DNA of 64,000 nucleotides from an uncultured Chlamydiales bacterium (GTDB lineage Bacteria; Chlamydiota; Chlamydiia; Chlamydiales; JAAKFR01): NCBI GenBank assembly GCA_963699155.1, contig OY969414.1, positions 267,757 to 331,756 of the forward strand, read 5' to 3'. Shown piece by piece: positions 37,914 to 47,662 of this stretch (position 1 is its first letter; each line of letters starts with the position of its first letter). The notes under the pieces were generated by a model. It saw only the letters and a program-made list of their open reading frames with translations, ran no database searches and was not told where the DNA came from. The position numbers and the translations under genes were made by a program.

Positions 37914-38708
37914 ATGTCTGTTTTATTAGCACTATTATCCCTTTTATTAATGGGCTCTTCTTTAATTGCGTCGGAATGCAACAGAGTTTATGTGGGTCTA
38001 TTTGGAGGAGGGATCTACTCGAACTCTACTAAAATGACTCAAAAGGGCGTTGCACTTTTCGCTGAGGATGAAGGTGGTCCATTGGCTGTAGAGGCTCGAG
38101 GAGATACAAAGGGAACTGGTTCTGGATTTGGAGGCGTACAAATTGGATATGAGTGGGCAAAACGTCCCCTTGAAATCTGCTCAGGTTGGACCATTGTCCC
38201 AGCAGCAGAGATCGAAGCTTATTGGTATAGCCCTACCAAAAAGGGAGACCTTTTTAATACTACAGACACAGATAGGTTGCCTGAACATGATTTTTTAGAT
38301 ACTTTTCCTATGAATGTGGGAGTCTATCTAGCCAATGCCCTATTGTCGCTAAATAATTGCTGGCGATTATCTCCATATATAGGTCTGGGGGTTGGAGCGA
38401 CGCGCATTTCTATCCATCATGCTACATCTCTTCAATTAGCTCCGCCAGAACCTGGGATCAATCATTTCAATTCTGACAGAAACGATGCATCTTGGGCTTT
38501 TGCGGCTCAAGTAAAAGCAGGACTCCGCTATAACATTTGCAAATCGTTACATATTTTTGGGGAATATCGTTATCTGTTCGTCGATTTCAGCAATTATATT
38601 TTTGGATCGACTGTATACCCTACTCATGCGCACACCACAGCATGGAATGTCAAAGTGAAAAACATCCATTATAACGCTTTTGCATTCGGCATTCGGTACG
38701 ACTTATAA
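37914..38708 (+). CDS. Outer membrane beta-barrel protein (OmpW/opacity-like small barrel)
   Basis: GGAGG RBS, signal peptide, SPYIGLGVGAT, FAAQVKAGLRY, IFGEYRYL, terminal GIRYDL. Confidence 0.8.
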   Translation: MSVLLALLSLLLMGSSLIASECNRVYVGLFGGGIYSNSTKMTQKGVALFAEDEGGPLAVEARGDTKGTGSGFGGVQIGYEWAKRPLEICSGWTIVPAAEIEAYWYSPTKKGDLFNTTDTDRLPEHDFLDTFPMNVGVYLANALLSLNNCWRLSPYIGLGVGATRISIHHATSLQLAPPEPGINHFNSDRNDASWAFAAQVKAGLRYNICKSLHIFGEYRYLFVDFSNYIFGSTVYPTHAHTTAWNVKVKNIHYNAFAFGIRYDL

Positions 38709-38734
38709 ACCTAAGTTATGAAAATTTTTCTTTA

Positions 38735-38767
38735 TCTTTCATTTAAATTTTTTAGTTTGCTATGGTG
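38735..38767 (+). promoter_or_regulatory. Duplicated promoter motif, copy 2
   Basis: TCTTTCATTTAAATTTTTTAGTTTGCTATGGTG. Confidence 0.6.
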
Positions 38768-38796
38768 TGATTATCTCAAAATCCAAGGAGGATTGT

Positions 38797-39057
38797 ATGG
38801 TTAAAAGTGCCATTCTTTTCTTTGTGGCCTTTGCGTTATTAGGTGGCGCAGCTTGGGCAAATGAAAAATTTTACTGCGGGGTTGATCAGATTGAACTGAC
38901 GGATGAGATGATTCTAGTCCATCTGGAAGATGGAGTTTATGAGATCGACTCATTGCTGGCTGATCAGGGTGGTCTTTACTTTACAGTGGATGGTTTGAGG
39001 TCGATTGAAACGCGTCGGCCTGTCGATCCGCGCAATATTTGCGAACGGCCCTACTAG
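38797..39057 (+). CDS. Small exported hypothetical protein
   Basis: AGGAGG RBS; signal peptide MVKSAILFFVAFALLGGAAWA. Confidence 0.7.
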   Translation: MVKSAILFFVAFALLGGAAWANEKFYCGVDQIELTDEMILVHLEDGVYEIDSLLADQGGLYFTVDGLRSIETRRPVDPRNICERPY

Positions 39058-39062
39058 CAAAG

Positions 39063-39611
39063 CTATTTTCTAAAGGCGCGCCAACCGAGATAGAGAAGCG
39101 GGAGGGCGCCTAGAAAATAGAAGTAGGCGATGCTCTGATTCCAGCGCAGAACAAGAATGCCATTATTGGCAAAGAGGATCAAGGCGAGGCCGAAAAGGAA
39201 AAAGACAACGCCTGGCAGAAGAAGCAGTAGGGCGACCATCTCTTTCTTCGAGCTGATATCGCCTTTGGACTCATCAGATTCTTCTCCTTCGAGTGCCGAT
39301 TTCCACTCCTCTTCAGTGACAGCCAGATTGGAGCTGCGCGCCTCAGAAAAATTTGAATTGGGTATTGTATTCTGAGCAGCGGCAAAATTTGAATTGGGTA
39401 TTGCGTTCTGAGCAGTAGCATAGGGCGGTTTTGAGAGAGGTTCCGCTTTTGGGGCTGTTTGAAAGGGGCTGGCAAAATTTTTAAAAACAGTACTCTCATC
39501 ACGGGCGGGCGGCTTTGTGACATCGACGCCACAGTAGGGGCATTGAGTAATATGGTGGGAAACATTCCCTTCACAGTTCCAGCAGAGTCGTTTATCGTTT
39601 TTTTTGGTCAT
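39063..39611 (-). CDS. CT556-like zinc-ribbon protein with two C-terminal TM helices
   Basis: CWNCEG...CPYCG; divergent from lpdA as in Chlamydia. Confidence 0.8.
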   Translation of the reverse strand: MTKKNDKRLCWNCEGNVSHHITQCPYCGVDVTKPPARDESTVFKNFASPFQTAPKAEPLSKPPYATAQNAIPNSNFAAAQNTIPNSNFSEARSSNLAVTEEEWKSALEGEESDESKGDISSKKEMVALLLLLPGVVFFLFGLALILFANNGILVLRWNQSIAYFYFLGALPLLYLGWRAFRK

Positions 39612-39703
39612 CTTTCTTTTTCCATGCTTGATTAATCTGATTGTGTCATAAGCGGGAAAAAAAATGAAGATTCGGTTATACTCTGCCTCTTTAAATTTAA
39701 TGG

Positions 39704-41107
39704 TTGATTATGACTCTTCAGCAGTTTGATTGCGTGGTGATTGGCGGGGGGCCAGGTGGCTATGTCGCAGCGATTCGGGCCGCCCAAAGGGGAGTGAAAA
39801 CAGCTCTCGTCGAAAATAAAGAGCTGGGTGGTGTCTGTTTAAACAGAGGATGTATTCCCTCAAAAGCGCTGATTGCTAATGCAGAGATCCTGCGAAAGGT
39901 GCGCGAAGCGAACAAGTTTGGGATCGCAGTCGGTGAAGTCTCTTTCGATTACCGAGCGATGAAAGAGCGCAAAGATAGCGTCGTCGTCCGCGTGCGTAAA
40001 GGTCTAGAAGGGCTGATCGCGAGTAACAAAATCCAGGTCTTCAAAGGGTATGGGAAGCTCACCTCTCAAAATGAGGTCAAAGTGACCGGAGAGCAAGAGG
40101 CTCTCTTATCTGCCAAAACAATCATCTTGGCAACTGGTTCTGAACCGAGATCGCTTCCTGGCATCTCTTTTGACGGAGAGCGGATCCATGATTCGACCTC
40201 TTTACTGGATATCACTGCCTTGCCCAAAAAATTGTTGATCATCGGCGGGGGTGTCATCGGCTGTGAGTTTGCCTGTCTGCATGCTGCTTTTGGTGTCGAT
40301 GTCACTATCATCGAGCTCTTGCCCTCCATCTTATCGACTGAGGGAAAAGGGGTCGCCGATTTTATGACCCAAGCCCTGAAAAAGCAGGGAATCAAGATCG
40401 AAACGCAGGCCGCACTGACGCAAATGGAGCGGTTAAGTAATGGGGTGAAGGCCCATCTCGGCGATGGAAGAACCTTTGAAGCCGATTGTGCCCTCATTTC
40501 AGTCGGCCGCAAGTACAATTCCGACCATGTCGGTCTCGACAAGGCAGGCGTCATCGTGGAGAAGGATGGTTCAATCCCTGTCAACTCCCACATGCAAACG
40601 AATGTTCCCCATATCTTTGCAATCGGTGATGTCACGGGTAAATGGATCCTTGCCCATGTGGCCTCCCACCAGGGTTTAATTGCCGCCGACAATGCCTCAG
40701 GAAAGCCGAGTGAAATGCATTATGACGCTGTCCCCTCAGTCATTTTTACAGCTCCCGAAGTGGCCACAGTCGGATACACGCTCGAAAGAGCGGTCCATGC
40801 TGGTTTTGACGCACGGCTCGGCAAATTTCCTTTCCAAGCTTTGGGAAAGGCACAAGCGACGAGTGAAACGGAAGGGTTTGCTCAGATCGTAGTGGAAAAG
40901 TCGACAGGCCGAATCCTGGGGGCACAAGTGATCGGCTATGGAGCTTCGGCATTGATCGCAGAAATGACGGTGGCCATCAGCGGTGAATTGACTGTTCAGT
41001 CGATCAGCGACACGATCCATGCCCATCCGACCATTGCTGAGGCATGGATGGAAGCCGCTTTTTCGGCCGATGAGATGCCTCTCCATTTGCCTCCGACCAA
41101 AAAATAA
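39704..41107 (+). CDS. lpdA: Dihydrolipoamide dehydrogenase
   Basis: GGGPGGY, GGVCLNRGCIP redox disulfide, GGGVIG, HAHPT. Confidence 0.97.
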   Translation: MIMTLQQFDCVVIGGGPGGYVAAIRAAQRGVKTALVENKELGGVCLNRGCIPSKALIANAEILRKVREANKFGIAVGEVSFDYRAMKERKDSVVVRVRKGLEGLIASNKIQVFKGYGKLTSQNEVKVTGEQEALLSAKTIILATGSEPRSLPGISFDGERIHDSTSLLDITALPKKLLIIGGGVIGCEFACLHAAFGVDVTIIELLPSILSTEGKGVADFMTQALKKQGIKIETQAALTQMERLSNGVKAHLGDGRTFEADCALISVGRKYNSDHVGLDKAGVIVEKDGSIPVNSHMQTNVPHIFAIGDVTGKWILAHVASHQGLIAADNASGKPSEMHYDAVPSVIFTAPEVATVGYTLERAVHAGFDARLGKFPFQALGKAQATSETEGFAQIVVEKSTGRILGAQVIGYGASALIAEMTVAISGELTVQSISDTIHAHPTIAEAWMEAAFSADEMPLHLPPTKK

Positions 41108-41136
41108 TAGGGGAGATGACCTAATCAGGAAGCCAC

Positions 41137-42087
41137 ATGGAGCGACACCCAAAAAAACTCAATGTACTGCCTGAAAACCTTGATCAAGTTGATGAAGGAC
41201 AGGTTGTCTCTCTGGGGCGATTCCCTCAATGGCTCCATCGAAAGCTTCCGAGCGGGAATGAGCTCTGGAAGACGCAAGCGATTCTCGGTTCACTTCAACT
41301 CCCCACCGTCTGTCAAGAGGCCAGATGTCCCAATTTGATGGAGTGTTGGTCGAAAAAGACAGCTACCTTTCTGGCGATGGGAAAAGCGTGCACACGCAAT
41401 TGCGGATTCTGCTCGATCGATTTTGCAGCTCAGCCGGCTGCCCTCGATGAGGATGAGCCGAAAAGGATCGCCGAAAGCGTTCAGCAGTTAGGCTTGAAGC
41501 ATGTTGTCATCACCATGGTAGCGCGCGATGACCTTCCCGATGGAGGGGCGAGCCACCTCTGTCAAATCATCGCTGCTGTGCGTCAATTGACTCCTGCACC
41601 CACCGTCGAGGTTCTCACCTCCGATTTTCAGGGAAAGAGCGCATCGATCCAGACTGTAATAGAAGCAGCCCCTGAAATTTTTAACCACAACATCGAGACG
41701 GTCCGCTCATTATCACCCCGCGTACGCCATAAAGCCACCTACGAGAGAACCCTGAGCGTATTGAGTGATGCCCACCGATATGGCCCACAGATCTGGATCA
41801 AATCGGGGCTCATGGTGGGTCTTGGTGAAACAGAAGAGGAGGTCTTCGAAACGCTCCGCGATTTGAAAAGAGTGGGTTGTCAGATCGTGACGATTGGGCA
41901 ATATCTCCAGTCGGACATCCGCAAACTGCGGGTCAAGGCCTTCATTCCACCTGAACAATTTGAACTCTATGCCGCTTATGGATATCAGATCGGGATCCCA
42001 CATATGTATTGCGGCCCATTTGTCCGATCGAGTTATAATGCAGAATCGATATTTGAAAGGGCTACCAATGAGCGATCCAGAGCATAA
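41137..42087 (+). CDS. lipA: Lipoyl synthase
   Basis: CQEARCPNLMEC and CTRNCGFC motifs, RSSY. Confidence 0.97.
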   Translation: MERHPKKLNVLPENLDQVDEGQVVSLGRFPQWLHRKLPSGNELWKTQAILGSLQLPTVCQEARCPNLMECWSKKTATFLAMGKACTRNCGFCSIDFAAQPAALDEDEPKRIAESVQQLGLKHVVITMVARDDLPDGGASHLCQIIAAVRQLTPAPTVEVLTSDFQGKSASIQTVIEAAPEIFNHNIETVRSLSPRVRHKATYERTLSVLSDAHRYGPQIWIKSGLMVGLGETEEEVFETLRDLKRVGCQIVTIGQYLQSDIRKLRVKAFIPPEQFELYAAYGYQIGIPHMYCGPFVRSSYNAESIFERATNERSRA

Positions 42088-43087
42088 AAAATCATTTCTC
42101 TCCATCTTTGAAGAGCTCTCCAAAAACCGGGCTCCCGACAAAAAAACCAATGGTCACGACTACCACAATGAGGGCGATCTCGTTGAAGAATTCGAAGGAG
42201 AGTCTCTATTCACCGATGAAATCGATCATCAAATCCTCATGCAGCGCGATGCTCATTTTGGCGGAGATTTTGAGATCATGCACCGCTATTACGAAAATGA
42301 AGCTAGCTTCGGCGTCCATCCTGATATCGATATCGAAAGGATCTCCTACCTAGCCGAAGTAGAAAAAGAGATGGGCCAAGACCTTGCTCCTCTCATTTTG
42401 ACGGCAAAAGAGGCGGAGGCTGTAGCCAGAGCCAGGAGCGCTTATGCCAAATTAAAGGAGATCTACGAGTTTGATGATCCCTCCTCTCCCCACCCACGCC
42501 TGCTGGCCGACCTGATTTTAAATGAAGAGGAGGAGCCAGAAGCTGAGATCGCGGCAGTCGTAGCTGCTGGGCCGGCCATTCTGCCAGAGCTCTTTAGCCT
42601 TCTAAAGGCAGATGAATTTTATGATCCACTCTTCCCAGGTTATGGCTATGCTCCCTATCTAGCTATCCTCGCTATCGGCCAAATCGGCGATCCGAGCGGG
42701 ATCGTTCCGCTCTTTGAAACGCTTTCCAATCAGGCTATTTTTGACGAAATGGTCGCCATCGATGCTCTGGTAGAGATCGGTGATCCCGCAAAAAAGTTTC
42801 TCATCAACGTCCTGAAAAGTCGCCCCCTCACCCAAGACAACTTTCACGCCGCCTTCGCCTTGACCGCATTCACTCACGATCCACAAGTAGCCATTCTCTG
42901 CTTCGATCAGCTCCAAGATCCAGAGGTCCAGGATAAACCACTCTTACGGAGCTATCTCATCAACAATTGCGAAGGTCTCAAAAAAACTCCCTACGCCCAA
43001 GAGTTCATCACCCTCTCTCAAGATCCCAATCTGCCCGAAGAAATGCGGAGCGAAATGCGCATTTTGATCGAAGAATGGGGTAAATAA
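42068..43087 (+). CDS. Conserved chlamydial hypothetical protein with HEAT-like repeats
   Basis: Acidic N-terminus, ILMQRDAHFGGDF, HEAT-like LAIGQIGDPSGIVPLFE; start chosen at MSDPEH. Confidence 0.65.
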   Translation: MSDPEHKKSFLSIFEELSKNRAPDKKTNGHDYHNEGDLVEEFEGESLFTDEIDHQILMQRDAHFGGDFEIMHRYYENEASFGVHPDIDIERISYLAEVEKEMGQDLAPLILTAKEAEAVARARSAYAKLKEIYEFDDPSSPHPRLLADLILNEEEEPEAEIAAVVAAGPAILPELFSLLKADEFYDPLFPGYGYAPYLAILAIGQIGDPSGIVPLFETLSNQAIFDEMVAIDALVEIGDPAKKFLINVLKSRPLTQDNFHAAFALTAFTHDPQVAILCFDQLQDPEVQDKPLLRSYLINNCEGLKKTPYAQEFITLSQDPNLPEEMRSEMRILIEEWGK

Positions 43088-43150
43088 AAAAATTGCAAAT
43101 TACTGAAAATTTTTGAATAGTGAGCTTCTGAATTTTTTTAAGGAGTTTCT

Positions 43151-43936
43151 ATGAAAGTTTTTGTCTATGCGCTATTAGCGGTATTGCTTTGGAGCCAAAA
43201 TGCGATGGCTCAGTGTTATGATTGGAGCGGCTTTTATGTGGGAGCCAATGTCGGTTTTGCGCAAGGGAATGCCAAGTTCAAACTCGATCTCGATAATGAT
43301 CCGATCACGGGCTACTTTTTCCCTGATGAAGTGACACAATTGGTCGATAAGGCCAACAAGCGCGCTTATCCTTCAGGTTTTACCGGAGGAGTCCAAATAG
43401 GGTATAACTTTGTTCCTCGCTGCTTCCCCGTTTTGATAGGATTGGAAACCGATTTCGGCTTCTTTTTACTGAAAAAACAGCGCTCAATCAGCTTCGCAGA
43501 TGTCGATTTTCCAACGACAACAAATTTTCTACGCCAAAAAATCAAAACTGATTGGCTCTACACACTCCGTGCTCGCCTCGGTTACGCCTGTGGCTGTTGG
43601 CTTCCCTACGTGACGGGAGGATTGGCTGTCACTCGGATTCAACTCGATGAGTTTTATACAGATAACTTTAATAGTATCATCCTTTCGGGTCCTGACGCGA
43701 CTGAAACAGACACCCTGAAAAGAACCGCAACGGGTTGGGCTGCAGGAGGAGGATTTGAATATGCTCTTTTTCGCTGTATGTCTATCGGCTTCAACTATCT
43801 CTATACCCATTTTAGCCATACCAAAAGAAGTAGTGGCCCGCTGATCGATCCTACCCTCCACGAACCAGCAACTTTCCACAACTCAGCAAAGCTGACAGCA
43901 CAATGCTTTCGTTTTACTGTGAATTGGAGAATCTGA
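43151..43936 (+). CDS. Outer membrane beta-barrel protein (Omp25/RopB-like)
   Basis: AAGGAG RBS, signal peptide, DWSGFYVGANVG, GGVQIGYN, RARLGY, LPYVTGGLA, GWAAGGGFEY. Confidence 0.85.
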   Translation: MKVFVYALLAVLLWSQNAMAQCYDWSGFYVGANVGFAQGNAKFKLDLDNDPITGYFFPDEVTQLVDKANKRAYPSGFTGGVQIGYNFVPRCFPVLIGLETDFGFFLLKKQRSISFADVDFPTTTNFLRQKIKTDWLYTLRARLGYACGCWLPYVTGGLAVTRIQLDEFYTDNFNSIILSGPDATETDTLKRTATGWAAGGGFEYALFRCMSIGFNYLYTHFSHTKRSSGPLIDPTLHEPATFHNSAKLTAQCFRFTVNWRI

Positions 43937-44035
43937 CATTCAAGTGCTCACTAAGCGTAAAAAGAGCTTGTGCTGCATGGTGAATTTTTCAAGTTGTCTC
44001 CCGAGACCCCTTATGTTATCGTCCTGAAAAAAGGC

Positions 44036-44920
44036 ATGGTTCATATGGGGCGCGCTATTCTCTTCTTATTGCTAGCTTTGGCTATATTCTCGAGCTGTTC
44101 CTCTCGCAATACGATCGCCAATTCAGTTCCTGAGAGGGAGGCTAACGAAATTGTAGTTTTGCTCAATAGTAAAGGGATTCAGGCCGAAAAAGTTGCGGCT
44201 CCAGTCTCCACTACGGCAGGCGCCGCTGCAGAAGTGGTTTGGGATATTACGGTGCCGGGAGACCAGATCACCGATTCTCTCGCAATTTTAAACCAAGCAG
44301 GCCTTCCTCGAATCAAAGGCACCACACTGCTCGATCTTTTTGGCTCACAAGGCTTGGTCCCTTCTGACATGCAGGACAAGATTCGCTATCAAGAGGGTCT
44401 CTCCGAGCAGCTGGCGACGACAATCCGTAAAATGGATGGTATCATCGACGCCAATGTCCAGATCACCTTCCCTCAAGAGGGTGAGACAGGCAAAGAAATG
44501 ACCGCATCTGTCTATGTCAAACATCGAGGCATCCTCGACAATCCCAATAGCCTCGCCATTACAAAAATCAAGCGACTCGTGGCAGCGTCGCTCCCTGGCT
44601 TAACTCCTGAAAATGTCGCTGTCATCAGCGACCGCGCACTCTATTCAGACATCACGCTGCAAACACCAAGTGAGCTGGGACAAGAAAGGGAATACGCCTC
44701 AATCTGGGGTGTCGCCGTCGCTAAAGATTCGGCGCCCCGTTTTCGTCTGATTTTTTACATCTTTATCATCATCCTCTTTATTTTGGCTGCGATTGTCGCT
44801 TGGCTCGTCTGGAAACTCTTTCCCACCATTGAAAAACGCGGCATTCGCACCCTCTATACACCTGAGCAGTATGGATCTAAAGATGACATTCACGAAGAAC
44901 CCAAGGAACCCAATCCGTGA
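44036..44920 (+). CDS. sctJ: T3SS inner-ring lipoprotein CdsJ/SctJ
   Basis: Lipobox IFSSC, EREANEIVVLL, LAILNQAGLP, MDGIIDANVQI, C-terminal TM. Confidence 0.95.
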   Translation: MVHMGRAILFLLLALAIFSSCSSRNTIANSVPEREANEIVVLLNSKGIQAEKVAAPVSTTAGAAAEVVWDITVPGDQITDSLAILNQAGLPRIKGTTLLDLFGSQGLVPSDMQDKIRYQEGLSEQLATTIRKMDGIIDANVQITFPQEGETGKEMTASVYVKHRGILDNPNSLAITKIKRLVAASLPGLTPENVAVISDRALYSDITLQTPSELGQEREYASIWGVAVAKDSAPRFRLIFYIFIIILFILAAIVAWLVWKLFPTIEKRGIRTLYTPEQYGSKDDIHEEPKEPNP

Positions 44921-45747
44921 AAGCCCAAGCTTTATCCCTGCTGAAAGGGTTGATCCACTCGAGCCAGCAGGGTGACGAACTGCTCCGATTTCTTCCCCGC
45001 GAAGAGGCTTCCCAAATTCAACAGATCTCCTCGCCCGAACAGTTCGATGCCAAGGAGCTTCTCTCACAAGATCGCTGGTTGCAACCGATCCATTTTTCTT
45101 GGTTTTCTGATTTTTTGAAGAGTTATCCCACTCAAGTTCGCTCCTTTTTTTTCACTGTCTTGACAGCTGAGCAGCAAAAAGGCATTCAGGATATTCCTCC
45201 AAAGCCACTTTCTCCATTCATGCGCCCCTATCTACTCTCTTTGTTGCGCCAATCCCTTCAGGGACCAAATATCATCCCTGAAACGATTCTCCCTTCCTCC
45301 CCTTTGAATCTCTTATTGCGATTGAAACGCAGCGATCTTGTTCATTTAGCCGACTTTTTAGGCCTCCACGATCTTGCTGCCGATGTGCGCCAGATCGTCG
45401 ATAAAGCTTTGCTTCAAAAAATCTATCAAGCCCTCACCCCTCAACAAGTGCACTTTCTTCAATATGCCAGCAAACAGCCAGTCAAATGGGTCTCTCCCAA
45501 ATTAGGGCTCTTAGCTTGGGATGGAACGAAAAAGCAGCTCAACCATCTGCTCCACTATCGCGGTTTGATCCGGATCGGCAAGGTGAGCTATGGGGAAGAT
45601 CCCAGCTTCAAATGGCATCTCCTCCATCACTTCGATACTGGAAGAGCCAAGATCATCCAGAAAGAGTATTATCAAAAGCAAGACCCTGCACTTGCCAACT
45701 ACTTTAAAAATCAGGTTCTTTATATCGCCAAAAGGAGCTTGTCATGA
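44917..45747 (+). CDS. CT560-like T3SS protein (SctK position)
   Basis: Between sctJ and sctL; IHFSW, FLGLHDLA, LLHYRGL, LLHHFDTGR. Confidence 0.75.
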   Translation: MKAQALSLLKGLIHSSQQGDELLRFLPREEASQIQQISSPEQFDAKELLSQDRWLQPIHFSWFSDFLKSYPTQVRSFFFTVLTAEQQKGIQDIPPKPLSPFMRPYLLSLLRQSLQGPNIIPETILPSSPLNLLLRLKRSDLVHLADFLGLHDLAADVRQIVDKALLQKIYQALTPQQVHFLQYASKQPVKWVSPKLGLLAWDGTKKQLNHLLHYRGLIRIGKVSYGEDPSFKWHLLHHFDTGRAKIIQKEYYQKQDPALANYFKNQVLYIAKRSLS

Positions 45748-46379
45748 ACCTCTTCACCTTGATCGAAAAAGAGGAGATCCATCCCGCTCCCCAAACAAAA
45801 ATCATTCCTGCTGACCAATTTTCCAAATTGATCGATGCTAGCGCTCTTCTCAACAAAACATACGAAGAGGAGGCTGCCTACCGTATCCAAGTGGGTAAGG
45901 AGTGCGAAACCTTAAAAGAGAGCTCCCAAGCAGCCGGCTTCGAGGCAGGGTTGAAAAAATGGAGCGAACAGATCGCTCTTCTCGAACAGGAGATCGTTAA
46001 AGTCCGTAAAGAGATGGAAAGCGCAATCGTTCCTCTAGCGCTCACAGCGGTGAAAAAGATCATTGGCAAAGAGCTGGACGCCAAGCCTGAGATTATCGTC
46101 GATATTGTCGCTACAGCGCTGAAAACAGTTTCTCACCATCGTAAAATTGTGATCTATGCCACTCCTTCAGATGTGGAACATTTGGAAGCGCAGAAACCCC
46201 ATTTGAAATCCCTCTTTGAACATCTCGAAACACTCTCTATCTCAGCTAGGGGTGACATTCATCCGGGTAGTTGTGTGATAGAAACGGAAGCGGGCATTAT
46301 CGATGCCCAGCTGGAAACACAACTCCAAGCCTTGGAAGCTGCTTTCCTCAATTTTTTTGAAAGTCGAAAGAAAGGATGA
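45744..46379 (+). CDS. sctL: T3SS stator CdsL/SctL
   Basis: KIIPADQFSKLIDA, ALTAVKKIIGKEL, PGSCVIETEAGIIDAQL. Confidence 0.92.
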   Translation: MNLFTLIEKEEIHPAPQTKIIPADQFSKLIDASALLNKTYEEEAAYRIQVGKECETLKESSQAAGFEAGLKKWSEQIALLEQEIVKVRKEMESAIVPLALTAVKKIIGKELDAKPEIIVDIVATALKTVSHHRKIVIYATPSDVEHLEAQKPHLKSLFEHLETLSISARGDIHPGSCVIETEAGIIDAQLETQLQALEAAFLNFFESRKKG

Positions 46380-46382
46380 CAT

Positions 46383-46552
46383 ATGCGGATTGTGTCCCGA
46401 CTTTTCTGTAAATTTGGGCTAGCTGCGGCGGGCATCTTGCGCGCTTTTTTCGTCGCAAATAGTACACGACTATTTGCTTCCTCAAAAATCACGCAATCTG
46501 GCACCGCCTCGCTTACCCCAAATTTACAGAAAAATCGGAACACAATCCGTAT
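46383..46552. mobile_element. RPE-like palindromic element at the sctR start codon
   Basis: 36-bp TIRs (46383-46418 / 46517-46552, 3 mismatches); central hairpin GCAAATAGT-ACACG-ACTATTTGC at 46455-46477. Confidence 0.85.
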
Positions 46553-47375
46553 GCGGCTCCTCTTTCTCGCGATCGCTCTCTTCGCCGCTCTTTGGATAAC
46601 CCTTCCCGTAGAGGCACAGCAAACGGGTCAAGATCTCCTCAATCAGATCGTAAAACAACAGGGCAAACCTTCCGCCCCAAATGCCCCTCAGGGCGATGTA
46701 GGGCAAGGTTACCCCGATCTTGTCTCGCAAGCCGCTCTCTTGATCTTTTTGGCTCTTCTGCCCTTTTTGATCATGCTCTTCACCTCCTTCATCAAGATTA
46801 CGATCACCCTGGCCCTGCTCAGAAGCGCTCTCGGCGTCCAGCAAACGCCTCCTAACCAGGTCATCAACGGCATTGCCCTGATCTTGACGATGTATGTGAT
46901 GTACCCAACTGGCCTGGAAATGTACCATCGGGCAGAACCTATCTTAAAAGGAGGGCTTCCTAATACTCTTATCTCCGCACCCTCAGCCCGTGTCGCCATC
47001 GAGATCATCAACGTCGCTAAAGAGCCCCTCCGCCAGTTTTTGGTCCGCAACACACGCAAACAAGACATACAAGGATTCTATAAAATTGCCCAAAAAACCT
47101 TTCCAGAAGAGGTCAAGGGATTGTTGGGAGATACCGATTTCCTCGTCGTGGCCCCCGCCTTTATCACCACTCAAATTCGAGCAGCCTTTGAAATCGGCGT
47201 TCTCATTTATCTACCCTTCTTCGTCATCGATCTTGTGACATCTAACATTTTGTTGGCCATGCAGATGATGATGCTCTCGCCTCTTTCTATTTCGTTGCCG
47301 CTCAAATTGCTGCTGGTTGTGATGATCGATGGATGGACGGTGCTTGTACAGGGACTGGTATTGAGCTTTAATTAG
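46383..47375 (+). CDS. sctR: T3SS export apparatus SctR (ancestral start probably 46551; element-derived in-frame extension upstream)
   Basis: TSFIKITITLALLRSALGVQQTPPNQV, AFEIGVLIYLPFFVIDL, MMMLSP.SISLPLKLLL..MIDGW. Confidence 0.95.
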   Translation: MRIVSRLFCKFGLAAAGILRAFFVANSTRLFASSKITQSGTASLTPNLQKNRNTIRMRLLFLAIALFAALWITLPVEAQQTGQDLLNQIVKQQGKPSAPNAPQGDVGQGYPDLVSQAALLIFLALLPFLIMLFTSFIKITITLALLRSALGVQQTPPNQVINGIALILTMYVMYPTGLEMYHRAEPILKGGLPNTLISAPSARVAIEIINVAKEPLRQFLVRNTRKQDIQGFYKIAQKTFPEEVKGLLGDTDFLVVAPAFITTQIRAAFEIGVLIYLPFFVIDLVTSNILLAMQMMMLSPLSISLPLKLLLVVMIDGWTVLVQGLVLSFN

Positions 47376-47380
47376 GTAAT

Positions 47381-47662
47381 ATGATGTTGGCAGCCACTTT
47401 TCGCTCGATTATCTTTGAATACTCTTACGAGTCGTTATTGCTCATCCTCATCATCTCCGGCCCCCCCATCTTCTTTGCTTCTGTGATCGGTATTTTTGTC
47501 GCTATCTTCCAGGCAGCTACACAGATCCAGGAGCAGACCCTCGCCTTTGCCATCAAACTGATCGCCGTGATGGCGACGATCATTTTCATGGGTGGCTGGC
47601 TCGGGGGACTCGTCTATCAATTTGCCAATCAGATCTTCCAAAATTTCTATAAATGGAAATAG
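47381..47662 (+). CDS. sctS: T3SS export apparatus SctS
   Basis: AIFQAATQIQEQTLAFAIKL. Confidence 0.95.
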   Translation: MMLAATFRSIIFEYSYESLLLILIISGPPIFFASVIGIFVAIFQAATQIQEQTLAFAIKLIAVMATIIFMGGWLGGLVYQFANQIFQNFYKWK

